A stretch of 63,938 nucleotides of DNA, filler included, from Bipalium vagum (GCA_037834085.1; 4 parts of 4 records of this genome joined end to end with filler, not necessarily neighbours in it); one strand, 5' to 3'. Shown: positions 39,701-54,800, counted from the first letter of the whole stretch. The notes: generated by a model from the sequence alone, not told the origin. Numbers and translations are program-made.

Positions 39701-42700
39701 TAATTGTTTGTTGAATATGAAAATATGGTGGTCTCATTTCTTTTGTTAATTTTTTTTCATGCGAGTACTATTTGTCTAACATTAACAAATGTCATGGTGC
39801 CAGTGTGTCTTGTTCGTTCTTTTTGACATATCTAGTGACAGTTACAAAAATTCAAAGGAACTCACTGAGCAAATGTCAAATTGTATTTAGGATTTGATAA
39901 AAATGCCTTGGAAACATTGTAGACGGTTTAAAATATTTATTAAAGAGTTGTCTTAAATGTAAAAGATGTGCTTAAGTGGTATTCCAGTTTTCCGGACGAT
40001 TCTCGATGGAAGAATTGTACCTATTGACCTGACAAAACTTCAAAGCAACAAATTTATTCAGATAACCAGAGCCATGAAAAAGAAAAAAAGGTCTCAAATC
40101 AAGATGTTTTTATTTGTGTAGGATAGAAAAAGCTACTGATATTCAAGGTGAATTGGGAACAAAATTATTAATTATTCAGATTTTTAGACAATTTTATTGA
40201 ATTTTATTTCAAATATTTTTAGAAACTAAAATTAATTTAACTGAAAAATACTCTCATGATCATTTTCTTTTCAAGTAGTTTTCACTTTTAAAAGTCATTA
40301 AAAACTTCAATTTTACAAATATTTTATAAAAATTTAAAGTTTCATAAACTATACTTATTATCATTAATAATTTATTTATTTTTAATATTACTATTTTAAT
40401 AATAATATTATTATTCTATTTCATTATTCATATTATTTAATTTAAATATTACTATTTCATTAATTAATTTAATATAACAAAATGTTATTATTAAATAATA
40501 AAATACAGAATAAATAATTTGCAATAATTGTAAAAGAAAAATAAATAGTAAAAAAATTATTCTGCGAATAAAAATAAATATTATAATTCATTTCGCACTA
40601 TCATTTCCATTCTATATATAATTTTATGCATAATGAAAAACATTTAATCAATTTTACTTCTTCAAATTTTATCGAAATTATGTTTATACTTTGATATCAA
40701 AGTTCAAAATTGATTTAGAAAAATATTTAATAAAATTCAGTTTTTGCTCAATTTAATCATTAAGTTATGATTTATGTCAATATATATTATATAAAATTAT
40801 TATTATATATATATAAGTCATGTGATTCTAGAAATATTAATTTTAAAAAATTATCAGAAAACGTACAGGAATTACATTTTAAAAACTCAATGATTTTTTT
40901 CCTGGACTTTTTGAAAAGAAAAAACATATCGAGACTGGAAAGGAATAAAGAAATGTTATTTTAAATTTTATTGATATTAAAAATGAATAGAGATTTTTCA
41001 TAGAGATTTTTTATGAATAGAGATTTTACAAATCAATTTTTAAAATAAAAATCTGCAAAAAAACTAACAAACAAATAATCAGTATAGCGATCAATAATAA
41101 TTACAAAAAATCCCTACACATGAGTTTTGTTCTCAGTCAGATATAATTAAATATATTGATTACTATTGATGATAAGCATTAGAAAATAAAATCTTTATTA
41201 TCAACAAATAAAATAAGTTTAACCAAAAGAAATTATAAATATATAAAATAAATGTTAATCATTAAATCATTTTATCAATAACGGTTGAAGAAACTTCAAT
41301 ACATCTTGAATTGAGTTAATAAAAATTCGATTTATTATTGATAAAATGTAACTAGAGAATAATATTGATCGAAATAAATCGGATTTTAAAAATTATCTTT
41401 TCAAAGTACTCTTTTCCCCAACAGACATTTCCGATCGAACAAAACAAAATTCAGATTGATTTTTCGTGAAATTGCATTAAACCACTTTCTTTCCATCTCT
41501 GCCTCAATAGAGCGTGATTTTGTCCCGATATTTTAAGTTTTAATCATCAAAAGAAAAATTTCTTTGAAAATAATTTCAATTTTTATTGACATCTTTTCAA
41601 CATCGAAATCATCATTATTATTTCAAAACACATTAAATAATATCACTAATCAATTTAAAAAACATAGAAGTAGCATTATCAACGAAGGAAACTTAGATTC
41701 AGTTTTCAATATTTCATTGTATAATTTATTATTATAAGTATTATTTTGTTATTATAATTATTGATTTATACCAATTATTCAAAATTTTCTTATTAGAAAA
41801 AAATTTATATTTGTCATATTTTATTTCATTTTTATTGTTTAACTATTTCAAAAAAATATATTATATAAGTAAAAACATTTGAATAAATTAAGTTATATAT
41901 CATTTTGAAGGTAATTAAATATTCTGTCAGGGTAAGTAATAAGAAAATCTCAGTTTTGCAACATATATTAATATAACATGAAACAAAGCGCACTCTATCA
42001 TAATCCATAAAGTAATCACCATTCATATAAATGTTTCGCCATCTTACAAATCTCATTGTTGAAAAATTCAGCTTCCTGTGAATCAACGTAAGTCTTGACC
42101 CAAATTTCAATGTATTTTTTAATTTTTCCCATCTAAATAGTGATGCATGTACCTAAAAAATGGGAGTCCGTTGGCGCCAAATCATGGATGTATGGTGAAT
42201 TATAAAGAGCTTCCTAACCAAATTCCTTTAATTTCAGCTGTGTCAATTTTGCTACAAGCGGTCTTTGCATTATCGTGTAATAATTTAGTTTTTACAGTAT
42301 TTACTCCTGGTCCACCAGCTTATTTTTTGCACTAACGTTCTGCAGTTATTGTTTCTCCTCGATTGAGAAACTCAAAATACACTAGACCTTGTGTATTTCA
42401 CCAGACACAAAGAAGTACCTTATTGACTTGATTTTAAACTTTTGTGGTTGGTATCGTCTGATAACATTTGCCCAACCATTGCAATTTTTATGTGGTATTG
42501 AATTCACTTTTCATGTGATGTTAAAATTGAATCGAAGAATCGCTAGAACAATGAAGAACAGAGAAGAATACGACTGGTTTTGTTGCTCTTTGACAAATCA
42601 TGGGGAATCCATTTTCCATACCTACATGTTTTCCTAAGACAATGCAGGTTGTTACAAATAGTTTTCTGAGAAAAATCAAATTTATGGGGAAGTTCTAGAG

Positions 42701-44527
42701 TGGATTGTAGAGGATCTGATTCAAAGCTTTCTTTTAACAAGTCCAAATTCATGGTAAAAGGTCGATATCCATGTTCTGAATCCTCCCTAACTTTTATATC
42801 CATCTCTAAATCTCATAAACCAATTTTGACATTGACCTTCCGATATCATGCTGTTACCAAAAGCTTTGCAAAGCTTTCTGCACGATTCAGCCACAGTTTC
42901 ATTCAATTTGAATTGAAATAAAAGAGCGGCACGAAAATCATATTTTTGATCAATCATAATAAATTCAAATCTTTCTGCAATATTAAAATATTATTTAAAA
43001 AAAAATTTATTAAATAGATATCTTACCTAAATAACGAAATACAAGTTTCAATTATTAATTGATTTACAACGATAAATATTAAAATATCACTTTATAAAGA
43101 TCGAAATTTCTTATTACTCACTCTAATATATGTAAATGGACTGACGTAAAATAATATTTGATTTTTATTTTATTTTAGTTCAGATAAATATGGAAAAATT
43201 GAAATTCGAACACTCCTTCGACATTATTGAAAACAAAATTTCAGTGCAAGTACAGACTTAAAAACTATGTGAAGAGGAGGGGGAAGACGCTGTGTCAACT
43301 TGTGTAGCTCAAATGTGGATCCAAAAAAATTAATCACCTTGAGAGAGATCTTCAGGATCAACCACATTCACAAACCTGTCAAAATGAATTGTGAAAACCT
43401 ACACAAATCAGTTAAGATAATCTATCGACCAGCATTAGAAGATTTTCTGATAAACGTAATTTTTCTAAAACCTATCGGTAATCAACAAACGCTGCAGATA
43501 AGTGCCTCACGATTTAACAGAAAATCATTCAATGAAATGTAAGAACTAAGCTGGTTGAGAATCCCCGTGTTAATCGTTTTAATAGTCAAATTGTTACTTC
43601 AGGTGAAAAATGGAACTACATTAGCAATCCTAACAAAAACCAATGATTGGGTATACACCAGATGGCCAAACAAGTTCCAAAAACGGAACTGTTTCCAAAA
43701 ATGGTACTGTTGTGTGTTCAGTGGAATTTTGAAGGCGTCAATCACTTTGATTTAACAACAAGACATTAGACATGGACTTCTATTTTGCACAATGAGATCG
43801 AATGTATGAAAATATGCAACAGAAATAACCGTTATTGGTCAATATAAAGCGGGTATTGCTGGAGCAAGATAATGCCAGACCATACACAGCGAAGAAAAAA
43901 TTAGAAAACATGAAATCTGTTCAATTTTTAACACATCCACATATTGTTCTGACCTTGCTCTATCGGATTATCATTTGTTTTCGACAAATGGCACATTTCC
44001 TGAAAAAACGAACCTTTAATGATTTGGATGAGATGGAAAAGGAGTGCTAAGAAATTTTTGAGTCCAAAGATAAGAAACGATATCATCGCGGATGGAACAA
44101 CTGGCAGACATAGGTTAAAAAAATTGAGTTCAATGGTCTTCACTTTGATATTTAATAAAAACTTGAGTTAATTTCGTTTGTTCTTCATTATTTAAAAAAA
44201 CGAAGTTAATTGTGACTCACCATAATATTGATTTTTTCTCAATGTTCACAAGTAATTAAAAAAATCAATGACCACCGTTATTAAAGAATATAAATACATT
44301 TTGAAAATCATCAATAATATTATGAATTCAAAAATAAATTAAAAAATGAAACTCACGAGGATGTCCTTCACATAAAATTTCAATGGGCGTCGAACGTTTT
44401 GTATCACCGATTTTCTGATAACGTTCTTTAAGGTCATTGGCTTTCAGACCTTGCCACGGAAGACTACCTCGAAAGAAATACATGAACATGTGACCCAAGG
44501 ACTCCAAATCATCGCGCCTCGATTGTT
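36747..44527 (-). CDS. CSNK1G: casein kinase 1 gamma (gilgamesh/CSNK1G-like), 3' part only
   Basis: Exon 44527-44357 [57 protein letters not shown]; exon 38565-38408 [28 protein letters not shown]...DWQFDW; exon 36851-36747 (or 36753) [10 protein letters not shown]...[24 protein letters not shown] and YLRYVRxLDF are gamma-type signatures. Confidence 0.92.
38232..38273 (-). CDS. candidate short alternative last exon of CK1 gamma, [13 protein letters not shown]
   Basis: CTGTCTAG| acceptor 134 nt after the phase-0 donor at 38407, encoding a Cys cluster reminiscent of the CK1 gamma C-terminal palmitoylation motif. Confidence 0.4.
   Translation of the reverse strand, partial: FHWSCVCFCKSEE
41925..43126 (-). 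mobile_element. decayed near-full-length mariner in a CK1 gamma intron
   Basis: TIR pair tcagggtaagtaataagaaaatctc / gatcgaaatttcttattactcactctaa|ta; [16 protein letters not shown] and GDYFMD*-like motifs. Confidence 0.85.
43180..44226 (+). mobile_element. decayed mariner in a CK1 gamma intron
   Basis: [10 protein letters not shown], a VPHDL-like segment, [25 protein letters not shown]; ends gtgactcaccataata. Confidence 0.85.
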
Positions 44528-47500
44528 CTAAGTGAAAATGCTTTTTCAAAATTGTATTTGACAGTCGATCAAAATTTCCTATGTTTATTATTATTAATAC
44601 TATTTACTTTGTTTCTCACACCAATTTTAAGAATCAATAAAAATTCCAAAATTTTTTAAATTGAGATAAATATGAATATCAAGTCTATAATCAATAATCA
44701 AATATCTAAAAGTGAAAAAATTATTATTTATCTATTAAAATGAATAATTAATTTCTACTTTTTTTATTCAGAACTTTTATCTCTTCAATAAAATTTAAAA
44801 GGTACTATTGAAAATCAATATTTATATAATGTCTCAATTTTTATTTATATCGGACTGCTTTTTTCTCTAATTACACACAAGGAAAAAGCAATTTTCCTTT
44901 CAATTTGGAAAGTGTTTGGGGAAATTTTCTGTTGAAATATATTTTTAGAATTATTACATCATTCTTGAAACAAAAAATAATAAAATGGTTTTCTAAAAGA
45001 ATAACTTTTTAGAGAAAAATCAAACTGATAATTTACTTTTCACCCAATGTGAATATCATTTCATATATTAAAAATTAATAAACTTTATTGAAAGAATGTA
45101 TGAAAACAATAACAATCAATAAAACTATCGAAATGAACAGAACAATAAAAATCAATGAATTCTTTATTCAAAAGTCATAAGTCAGAAATAATATAAAATA
45201 TTGAAAATTGATAAAATAAAAATATTTTAAAGTACATGAAACAATAACAATGAATCAATAAAGGATTGTTTGATTATTTTAAAAGCATTATTATCAATCA
45301 ATATTTACAAATATTTTTGATATTTTGTAAAGAACTAAAATCACTTATAAGAGAAAATCTCGGTTATTTATAATATATGAAGAACACTTAAGGTTTCGAT
45401 TTTAAGAAAGTGTCTCAATAAAATATGGTTGGAAAAAAAATTATTTGTGTACTTCATCAATCAACAGGATTATGAAAAAATATAGATCTAAAAGACCCAG
45501 TGGACATTGTAAAATATAATAACTCTCTAATTACAAAGCAAATGTCTCTACGAAGTCACATTAATAGTGCTAATTGAATATTTTTCTTTTCAAGTTACTC
45601 CGAAAATCAAAGAATAATTTACGAATCAATACTCTTATTTAACAGAATCAAGCACCATTTATTATTATTATTAATTATTATTATTATTATTAATTTCTAA
45701 TATTTATATTTTATAATTTATTGATTTTATTTGTTTGCTTCACTTTTCTATTTATAAAAAAAATATTTTTTAAAAATCTGATGTACCGGGAAAAGTCGGA
45801 AAGCAATCACACTCATATCTGAATTTCAAAGAGATTTTCTTACGTTTTAAGAATACATGTGCTTATTAAAAGGAATTAGAGGTTCAAAAAATATATCTCG
45901 GCATATTTATCATCTAATAAAAATAAGTCAATATTTGATATTAAATATCTCTAAATGAAAATTCTGAAAAATTATTAATTTAAAATATATTTTATTAAAT
46001 CAATTATAAAAAATTTTAAATCAAGAAAAATAAATTTAATTGATTTTAAAAATATATTTCCTTTTATTAAATTTTGTTGATATTACGTTAAATTGTTTGT
46101 ACAAGATAAAATTTAAAAATTATTTGGAAAAATATATGTTAAAAGATTAGAATAATAAAGAGGATTATTAAATGTGATTTAAAGTAATTAACAAACAATT
46201 TTTTTAGTAAAACAAAAGAAGATAAAAACAAGTAAAATGAAAAATTGAACAAGTGACATTAGATTGAAAAAGATAATTGTTAAAGAAAAACAAAAATGAA
46301 TGTTTAAAACAAAACAATTTATTAAAAAATTGATTGATTAATAGTAAAAGAAAGATTTTAAAAATTACATACATTAAAACCCGGAATATTTCTTAAAATA
46401 TGAACAGATAAAACGTGCAAAAATATTACCCTGGAACAAGTTGTAAAGGACTTTTAAAACCTATGGTGAGAAAAAAAGTCAATATGTGAAAATATTTTAG
46501 ACTAGCCCAAAGCAGACAAGAATGAATGTGGAAGTTAAAATTCAGTAAAAACGATCAATGATGATTGGTCAAATTTATGAAAAGTGCTTTCTGAAAATAG
46601 ATTTTTCTTAAAATAGCACTTTTATTATTTACCAAACAAATCATACTTGATTTTTATATTTTTGAAAAGACATTCTACCATTATAATGATTTTCAATTTA
46701 GGCGATAACTGTCATAAAATTATTAATAAAAAGTTGACTTTACCGATTGAAATTAAAAATTGTAATTGTTACACAAATATTGATAAATTTATTGACTATT
46801 TATGAACAGACAAAATTATTGATAAAATATCGATATATATAATTTCAACCAATAAGATTGTTTTATTAATTTCTAACAAATTGTTTGATGAACTATTTTT
46901 ATATTTAATATTACAACTAATAATAAGAATAATTTTTAAAAATAAATATATAAAAATCAATATTTGAGACAGTTACATTTTTTATATTAAATTATTGATT
47001 TTGCACCTGGATTTTAAAAAGACAAAATCAAAAAAATCTAATTTGAATGAAATTGGAAGAAATTTCTTTTTAATTTTTATAACAAAAACTGTCAAATCTG
47101 AAAAGAGAACAAAATACAATTTGTTTTGCTCTCATCAGCTCCGTTTTTCTACGTTATCTCCAATTATCTCAGAAAAATGAAATTCGATATTTGTTTATGA
47201 GTGCAATATATCATATCATAATCAGAAAATCAAATTATATCAGACTTGGGTATCGATTTATTCAATTCCCAGATAAATAATGATTTTAACGATATTTTAA
47301 AGAACTTTCACATTGAAAAATTTAAAATTTGACAACAATAACAAGTTCATTTTACTAAATGTTAATTATAATTAGTCCTTGGCCATTGAAAATATCATAG
47401 TTAGAAATCAATATTTGTCCCTTAAAAGTTTATTGATTTTTTCTCAAAAAGAAACAAACTTTACAAGTTATGAAGTAATATTTTCCGTTTAGATCTTTAT

Positions 47501-48406
47501 TTAGAGAAAATTATTATTTTAAATCTTTTAATTGAAATTCTTTATCAACTTTTTATATAGAAATTCATTAATTGATTTAGACCAAGGAAATGTGCTCATG
47601 ATTAATTTTGGACCAATCAAATTCAAGGCACCATATTTACAGAGCACAAATCAAATATTTTGGTTTTAAAATTGACAAAAAATTGTTTACTGATAAAAAA
47701 TCACAAAAAATATTGCACACCTCGCGAGAACAGTTCATTCATTTTTTAGAGCAATCTAACAATATTTCCGTGTTTAAGTAAATAAATCAATCTTTTATGG
47801 AATAAAGTTTCAGAACACTTCTATTAGTAACTGATCATTATTTATTAATAAAATAAATATATAATAATAATTCAAATTAATTTTAAGATAAAATCTACAA
47901 ATGAATATCACAGAAATCTTTTATCATCATGTAATTCACTTTTGAAGGGATAAAAATACAGAAAAATGCGATATTTAAGTTCTGACTCACTTTACATTGA
48001 TTTTATTTGAATTTCTGATATTTCAAATCAATAAAACTAAAATATTTGATTTTTTAAAAAAAAAGAATTATCACAAAATTTGATTATTGATGAAAATTAT
48101 TTACAAATATAAAAAATGGGGACATTTTATCAGACATAAATTATGGAACGAAATTTGAAAGTCAGTGTTAAGAGAAAATTTTCATCGTATCTTTGAAAAA
48201 TTTATAACGTTTAAAAATGTAAGTAAGCGATTAAAAAAATAGAAAATAAATTTCTTTCGATCCATTAATCTATAAATTCTCAGAAAGCATTCTCTGCCAC
48301 TATATANNNNNNNNNNNNNNNNNNNNNNNNNNNNNNNNNNNNNNNNNNNNTTAATTAATTAANNNNNNNNNNNNNNNNNNNNNNNNNNNNNNNNNNNNNN
48401 NNNNNN

Positions 48407-48639
48407 AGCCGAATATAAAACTTTTGTGTTCATTGAAACAAGCGCAGGTGTCACATTAATTATTAAAATTGTGTAAAATAAATGTTATAGTTTTGCGTAT
48501 ATTTTTCGAATAAAAAAACAAAATTTATTGTAAAATTTGCATATCAATTTCATACCCATATCTTTTAACTATTGGTGTGCCGCGGAATTCTAGGAAGTAT
48601 TTTGGTGTGTCGTGGGTGTGAAAAGGTTGCTAGGCACTG
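48407..48639 (+). mobile_element. 3' end of a hAT (Buster/Charlie-type) transposon, cut by the assembly spacer
   Basis: Transposase C-terminus PNIKLLCSLKQAQVSH*, subterminal GGTGTGCCGCG/GGTGTGTCGTG repeats, and right TIR AAAAGGTTGCTAGGCACTG. Confidence 0.8.
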
Positions 48640-51512
48640 CTTTACACGATTCACATCGAAACAGCTTTTTTCCCAAAATATTCTATTGGATTTCATAGTG
48701 TAACGCTTTTTAAATCCTTCAAGCCACCCATTACGAGCTTTGAAACCTAATATATTTGCGTGGTTAGCTAATTTTAAGGCCCTGTGGTTAAAAAATCATC
48801 GTTGATTATAAAATTTAATCTTTGTTTGGCACCAGACGCTTGTGTCATATATTTATTAATTCCTTTTTCTGGAAAGTGGCAGATATTACACTAAGAGGTA
48901 AATGAAAATGTCCACTCTATTCGCGATAAGTATATTGCGAATTGCAATTTTTAGATTCAATAACTTTCTTCTTGTCTTCTGTAGAATAATTTCTTTGTTG
49001 TTATTCATTATTTTATGAAATTTAATTTGTTTATTTTAATAATAGAATATTTAAACAAATATTTTCACATGTTCGTTATACTTCATATTAAAATTTTCTA
49101 TAGAAAATATACGTAAAATTTTTTGTTCGTTCGTTTAGAGAGGATTAATTAAAGGAATTTTCTTTTATTGGATAGATTGGACAATTACAATTCGTTCGTT
49201 ATTATGCAGAGATTTGTTAAATAGAGGACTCGTTAATTAGAGATTCATCTGTATATTTATATCTTTCAATTCAAATTTATAATCTTTTAAAGCTTATCAT
49301 AAATCTAAATTATTTGCTGTTTGTAATATAAAAAGTTAGATTCAGCTTTTTATTGCAGTTGTTGAATATAAAGAATTATATAATTAATCTTCTTTTGTTG
49401 TAAAATCCTGATAATAATTTCTTGTAATTTGAATTTTTCTAATTTTAAATAAAATACGGTTTGGAAATATTAAAATATATTTATAAAAAAATTATTTGTT
49501 TATTCTTTTTTACTTTTTCTACATTTACATTTTTATTTCATATGATGATTAAATAAATAAACAAAATCTTCTTTGTCAATAAAATAATATTTTTGGATAC
49601 ATTCCATTCTTATCAGATTGTTAAATTTTCAATAAAATATTTCGTTTGATTCTTTTATTTCTTAAAGCTAAATAAAAAAGATAAAGATAATAACAAAATA
49701 TTAAAAGCTGTTATGTTGTAAAATATATTTCAAGAACATTTTGATTTTTTCAAACGTATTTTTAATTATTTAATATTTATTTTAGATATAAAATTTTAAT
49801 TATTATTTCTTATTTTATGTATTCAAATTGTTAATTTAAAAATCAATTATTTTCAAAGATTAAAAATTTAATTAGTATTTTTTACAAGATGGAATTTAGG
49901 TAGATAATGTTTATTTTCTTCATTATATAAACGACTTGTTTGTGTTTCTGATTTAAAATCACAAATTAAAAATATATTTTATGGTAGTTCTTTATACATT
50001 TGTGTGAAGTGATTTTCCAATTTTATTTGATGCATTAATGTTTTTTTAATGTGTCTTACATTTTATTTTAGGTGACCATAACTATTTCCAGGATATAGAA
50101 AAAATAACAACATTTGAAGTATGTTTTATCTTCTTTCCATTAAAAACAATTACTTTGACTAAACGGTTTCTAAAAGTCTCATAATAATTGGTGGTATTGC
50201 TTAACAAGAACGCTTTTTTATTATTGTTGTTAAGAATTAGAGACTAAGTTTACTTGTGTTTTAAATTATTTTCCGACTTGGTCATATTAGAGACAATCAT
50301 TTAAGACTTATTTTGATATTGAAGAAAAATTACATCGAGTTATTTATTACTGTGTGATTTAATAAAGATTAATGTTAGCCAATTTGTTACTCCAACTAAT
50401 AGTGGGATTATAAGATATTACTATAATTCCCAAAATATTTTAATATTTTTTATCTTGTAAAAAACGAATGAAATTAATATCAAGCTCTTATTTGAATAGT
50501 AAAATTAGATTAGTAACTTTTGTTGGGTTACCCAAGACACCCCTAGGGAAAATAAAACCAAGGAAAATCATGAAAAGGGTTTAAATTTTAAAAATAATAT
50601 TAATAATTAAAATTAAATAACTATTGAAAAAAAATAAAACAGCCCTCCAAAAGTAATTTTTAAAGAATTCTGAAAGTGGTAATTTATAAATATTAATAGT
50701 CACCAATAAATAATTTTCAGGGAATTTTAAGATTAATTTAGAGATTATTTCAAGAAAAATCTTCAGATCAGTTTCAGAAAAATATATATAAGCAGAGTGT
50801 TTTTAGCATTATTTCACTCCTCAGAGAACGTGTCAAATAGTTCACAAATCATTATTTCGAAAGAATAATCAACGACAAAAGAATTTTGTTACGACTGTTT
50901 GCATTGTGTCACATATTTGTATTTTGAACACTTTTGTATATCAAGTATTTTAATACTTGCAATACTAGGACTATGCTTAAAATTCACCATCATTGAGTTA
51001 TCGGTAGGACTCAGACGATAACTCGGGAGTATATTATAGCGGAAGATAAACCGTAAGACTTTTCCATTACCTTTTACCTTATCTTGTTAAAGTTATTAAT
51101 ATTAATTAATTTAGTTTACTAGTAATACTTTTTTTAAATTGGAACATTATATTTTCATAAAATCTTATTTGGATTTGGCATTATTGATAACCGCTTGGTT
51201 TTTGAAATGTAATTTGACATTGTGAGACATTAAAGTTGTGATCCAATATAACTAAAAGTTATTGCTTTACTGATTGTTATTTGCACCACCTAAGAGTTTG
51301 AGTCCAGTTTACATTTGATACACTAAATAATGAACACTTTTATGTTAGTCTCATTTGTAACTTTAAAAATTGATTTATTTTTATTTTCGTTTTATTACAT
51401 CTTTTTAAAAAAGCAATTTTAAGCAAGATTCATAAACATTGCTATAACAATATTTTGCAAAATTTATGACTAAAATCCATTATTAAACTAAAAAAATCAC
51501 ATTTTTCTCGTA

Positions 51513-51684
51513 TTGGGTTGGTAAGAAAGTTCGTGCGCTTTTTAATATTGGAATTTGTAAATATAACCAATTTGACAGAAAGTAGGATCAAGATCATTAA
51601 TAATAACGGTGAACATATAATTAATTAAAATTATTTTGTCAATAAAATATTTTGATTAAAAAGCGAACTTTCTTGCCAACCCAA
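51513..51684. mobile_element. mariner-type MITE, 172 bp, TA TSD
   Basis: TA|TTGGGTTGGTAAGAAAGTTCG ... CGAACTTTCTTGCCAACCCAA|TA. Confidence 0.88.
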
Positions 51685-51872
51685 TATTAATGGATATTTA
51701 AATCTTCAAATATTTCAAATTGAATAACTTAAACAAATTGCAAAGACCTGTGACGTTATTGCTTTGTGAATTTTTTTTCAAAAATCAAACGTTTTATTTA
51801 TTTTACGTCAACTTAATATTTATTTTTCATTGAAACAATATTAAACAAAAGATTCTTAATCGATTAATTAAA

Positions 51873-54800
51873 TCAGAACATTTGAATATCAGACAATTCT
51901 AAATCGTGACGGTAAACTTGAAACTCGGCTTAATGAACATCAATTACATCGGAAATAAAATTTAAAAATTACATTTGCTATTTTCAACTTCGAATACGAC
52001 AGCCTTGTGGCTTCGAATGGGCTCTGAAGTGATGAAATTAACAATCCAAATTGAACTCAAAGACCTAAAATAATATTAATACTAATAATAATTGACAGCT
52101 CAATTTCAAAAAAAAAATCAAAAAATTGATTAGAGAAATATAAATTACCATTTTTTCGGCTAATTGTTATATACAATTTATATATTTCGTTGAGGTTCAA
52201 ACTCTTTTCAACACTTGCCCCATTAAGTATTAAAGATGACATTAATAATTAAATTACACCAATAAGATACAATATTCGATATAGTCAAATGAAAGTTGTT
52301 TTCTGCATTACTTCCAAATATTTTTTATATTTAAAATAAATAAAATTAATTGTTCTTAACAAAATTTATAAGAATAATAAAACTTTGAAACCATAAATAA
52401 TTTAAAATAATCGATAAAATCTATAAAAAGTTTGAAAATCGAAATTTCTTTAGAAATTAAAAATGAAACTATCAAATCTGAATAAAAAATGATATTTTAA
52501 TTATAATACAGTAGTCGCCGCTTAATGTTATCAATCGGATATTGTTATCGAATTTTGCAGGAACGGGACGTTTTGTATCAAATGTCATATTCCACTTATA
52601 ATTATCATGTATAATGTTATAAAAATAAAGACCTACATTAATTTCAACAAAGACGTATATTTAAATAAGCATAAAATTTTGATTTTCATTATGATTATGA
52701 AAATTATATTCAGGATTTATTAAATCGAGACAAACGGCAAACTACGCTTGACGAATTTTTTGAAATAAATATTTAATCTATTTTTTTTATTTTTTGTTTT
52801 GTAATAAAAAAGTCGAATAATGTTATCAATCGGACATTGTTATCAAAAAGGAATGGTCCCAAAGCGATCACATTAAGCGGCGACTACTGTACCAGAAATA
52901 TTTTAATTTAAACATATAATTTTAAATTATTAAATAAACTATTGGTAAAAAAATTTCATTTAGTATTTCATTTTGTATGTTATTAAAAGTTTTTAGTATT
53001 AATTTCTATGAGAATATTCCTGATATAAAAAGTGGTTTTAACAAATCAATGAAATCTATTTTCAATAAGCACAGTATTATAAATATTTTTGAAGTTAACC
53101 TTTATGGTAACTTTATCTTAATAGATACACAAATTTACCACAGAAGACGTTTAAGCTATCGCAAGATTGTTGAAATGTTGTATAGTTCACTATCAAAGAT
53201 TGTTGAGCAATATAAACAACAGCAGCATTTATGAAATAGCCTTAAAAGTGGTGGAAGGAAACAACAACTTTTAATAAAAGAAATTCGATGTGTGTATGTA
53301 AGAAGAAATCCTTGTATGTGGTCTTGTCAGTTATTGAAAGTGAATCTGGAAAACTGAAAAATATTTTTAAGCAGAAATGGTTTTATATTAATATTATTAT
53401 ATTATGGTTTAATAGATTGAAAAGAAGTCAGAGGACTGGAAGGCAATATGTCAATAAAGATGCATCAATTTGGGGAAATCTAATGATGGTGGTGCTCTAT
53501 GTCATCCAGAGAAACAATTGGAAAACATTGGATTGGTCACCGCTATGCCCAGCTTTGAATCAAATTGAAAATGTCTGGTTCTGATTAAATTATTATGTAA
53601 AGAAGCAAAATTATTTAAATACAGAATGTGGAAGACATCAAATACCAATGTTTTCACCGAAGAATATTTCGAAAATCTGGGATTGTGAATGCAACTAAGA
53701 TTAGAATCCTGTGTCAAATTTTGTAGCGGTTTCATAAATTATTACATTTTACATAGTTCATTATTTTAAAATTATTTATACCAGGTTTTTGTTTAATAAC
53801 ATGTATTTTATTGTGTTAATGACTTTTTAGACAATTAGTCTATTTTTAAATTAAAGAAAAATCTATAATTTCACAAAATTATTAGAAATTCTAAATTTTT
53901 CTGGTAAAGAAAATTTAACTGCTTAACTTTCGAATGAACAGATAAGTTGAATAATTCAGAGAGAAAAAATATTTATGAAAAACTTATTACCAATATCAAA
54001 TAATCAATTATCGTTAAAAAGTCCGTTGAAATAAAGCTCACTTTAATTTTGAATTAATTCCTTGCATCTTAATGTTCAGAAATTGTTCCAATTCAAACTT
54101 GGATCCGTTATTCAAACATTTTATGAGTTTCTTCACAGTATTGCTGAACCACTCACGAAATACAGAAATACAGAATGGATAAAATGTTACCTAGCTTCAG
54201 TTTTAAAATCTGGAGGGTTGAGTACATCTTTGAGAATTTCCATGTAAGAGATACAATTGAAAAGCTGAGTCAACGATTCAAGACCAATCTTCAAATGAGC
54301 CACCCGACAACATTTGTTAAATATTTCCATAGCGTCATCATGAGATAAGTCTGGCAATTCTGACGACGATCACAACTCATGAAAATGGAAAAATTATGAG
54401 TGGAAATAGTGCATTTACCATTGGATATGATGAACAGCAAATCTTTGGTCAATTTGAACAATCCCAATTGAACAATTAATTCCAGATTTGTCATAAAAGA
54501 AGTTATCATCACTTCAGAATTCATGAAACGCTCCTTAAGCATTCGGCAGAATTCCGTGTTATTATTGGCATTGAACTACAATAAGAAACATTATAATCCA
54601 GAACAATCGAGTGAAATACTTCAGCAGCGGCGAGAGGAAATGAAATAAGAATGATATTCATAATTATTAAGTTAAATAGAGTTGCTAAATTGCTTGTAGA
54701 AGATTATGAAATAGTAAAAGTTAATTCAATTGCTTATATGTTTTCATCGCTATAGCTTTTATACAACAAAAACTTAAATTACACAATAGGATCCCCAAAA

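Noticed and set aside
49880-50880. Plus-strand exon-like pieces (ATGGAATTTAG|GT, TAG|GTGACC...GAA|GTATGT, TTTTCAG|GG)
   Set aside because: Joining them gives immediate stops; at most a non-coding spliced transcript.
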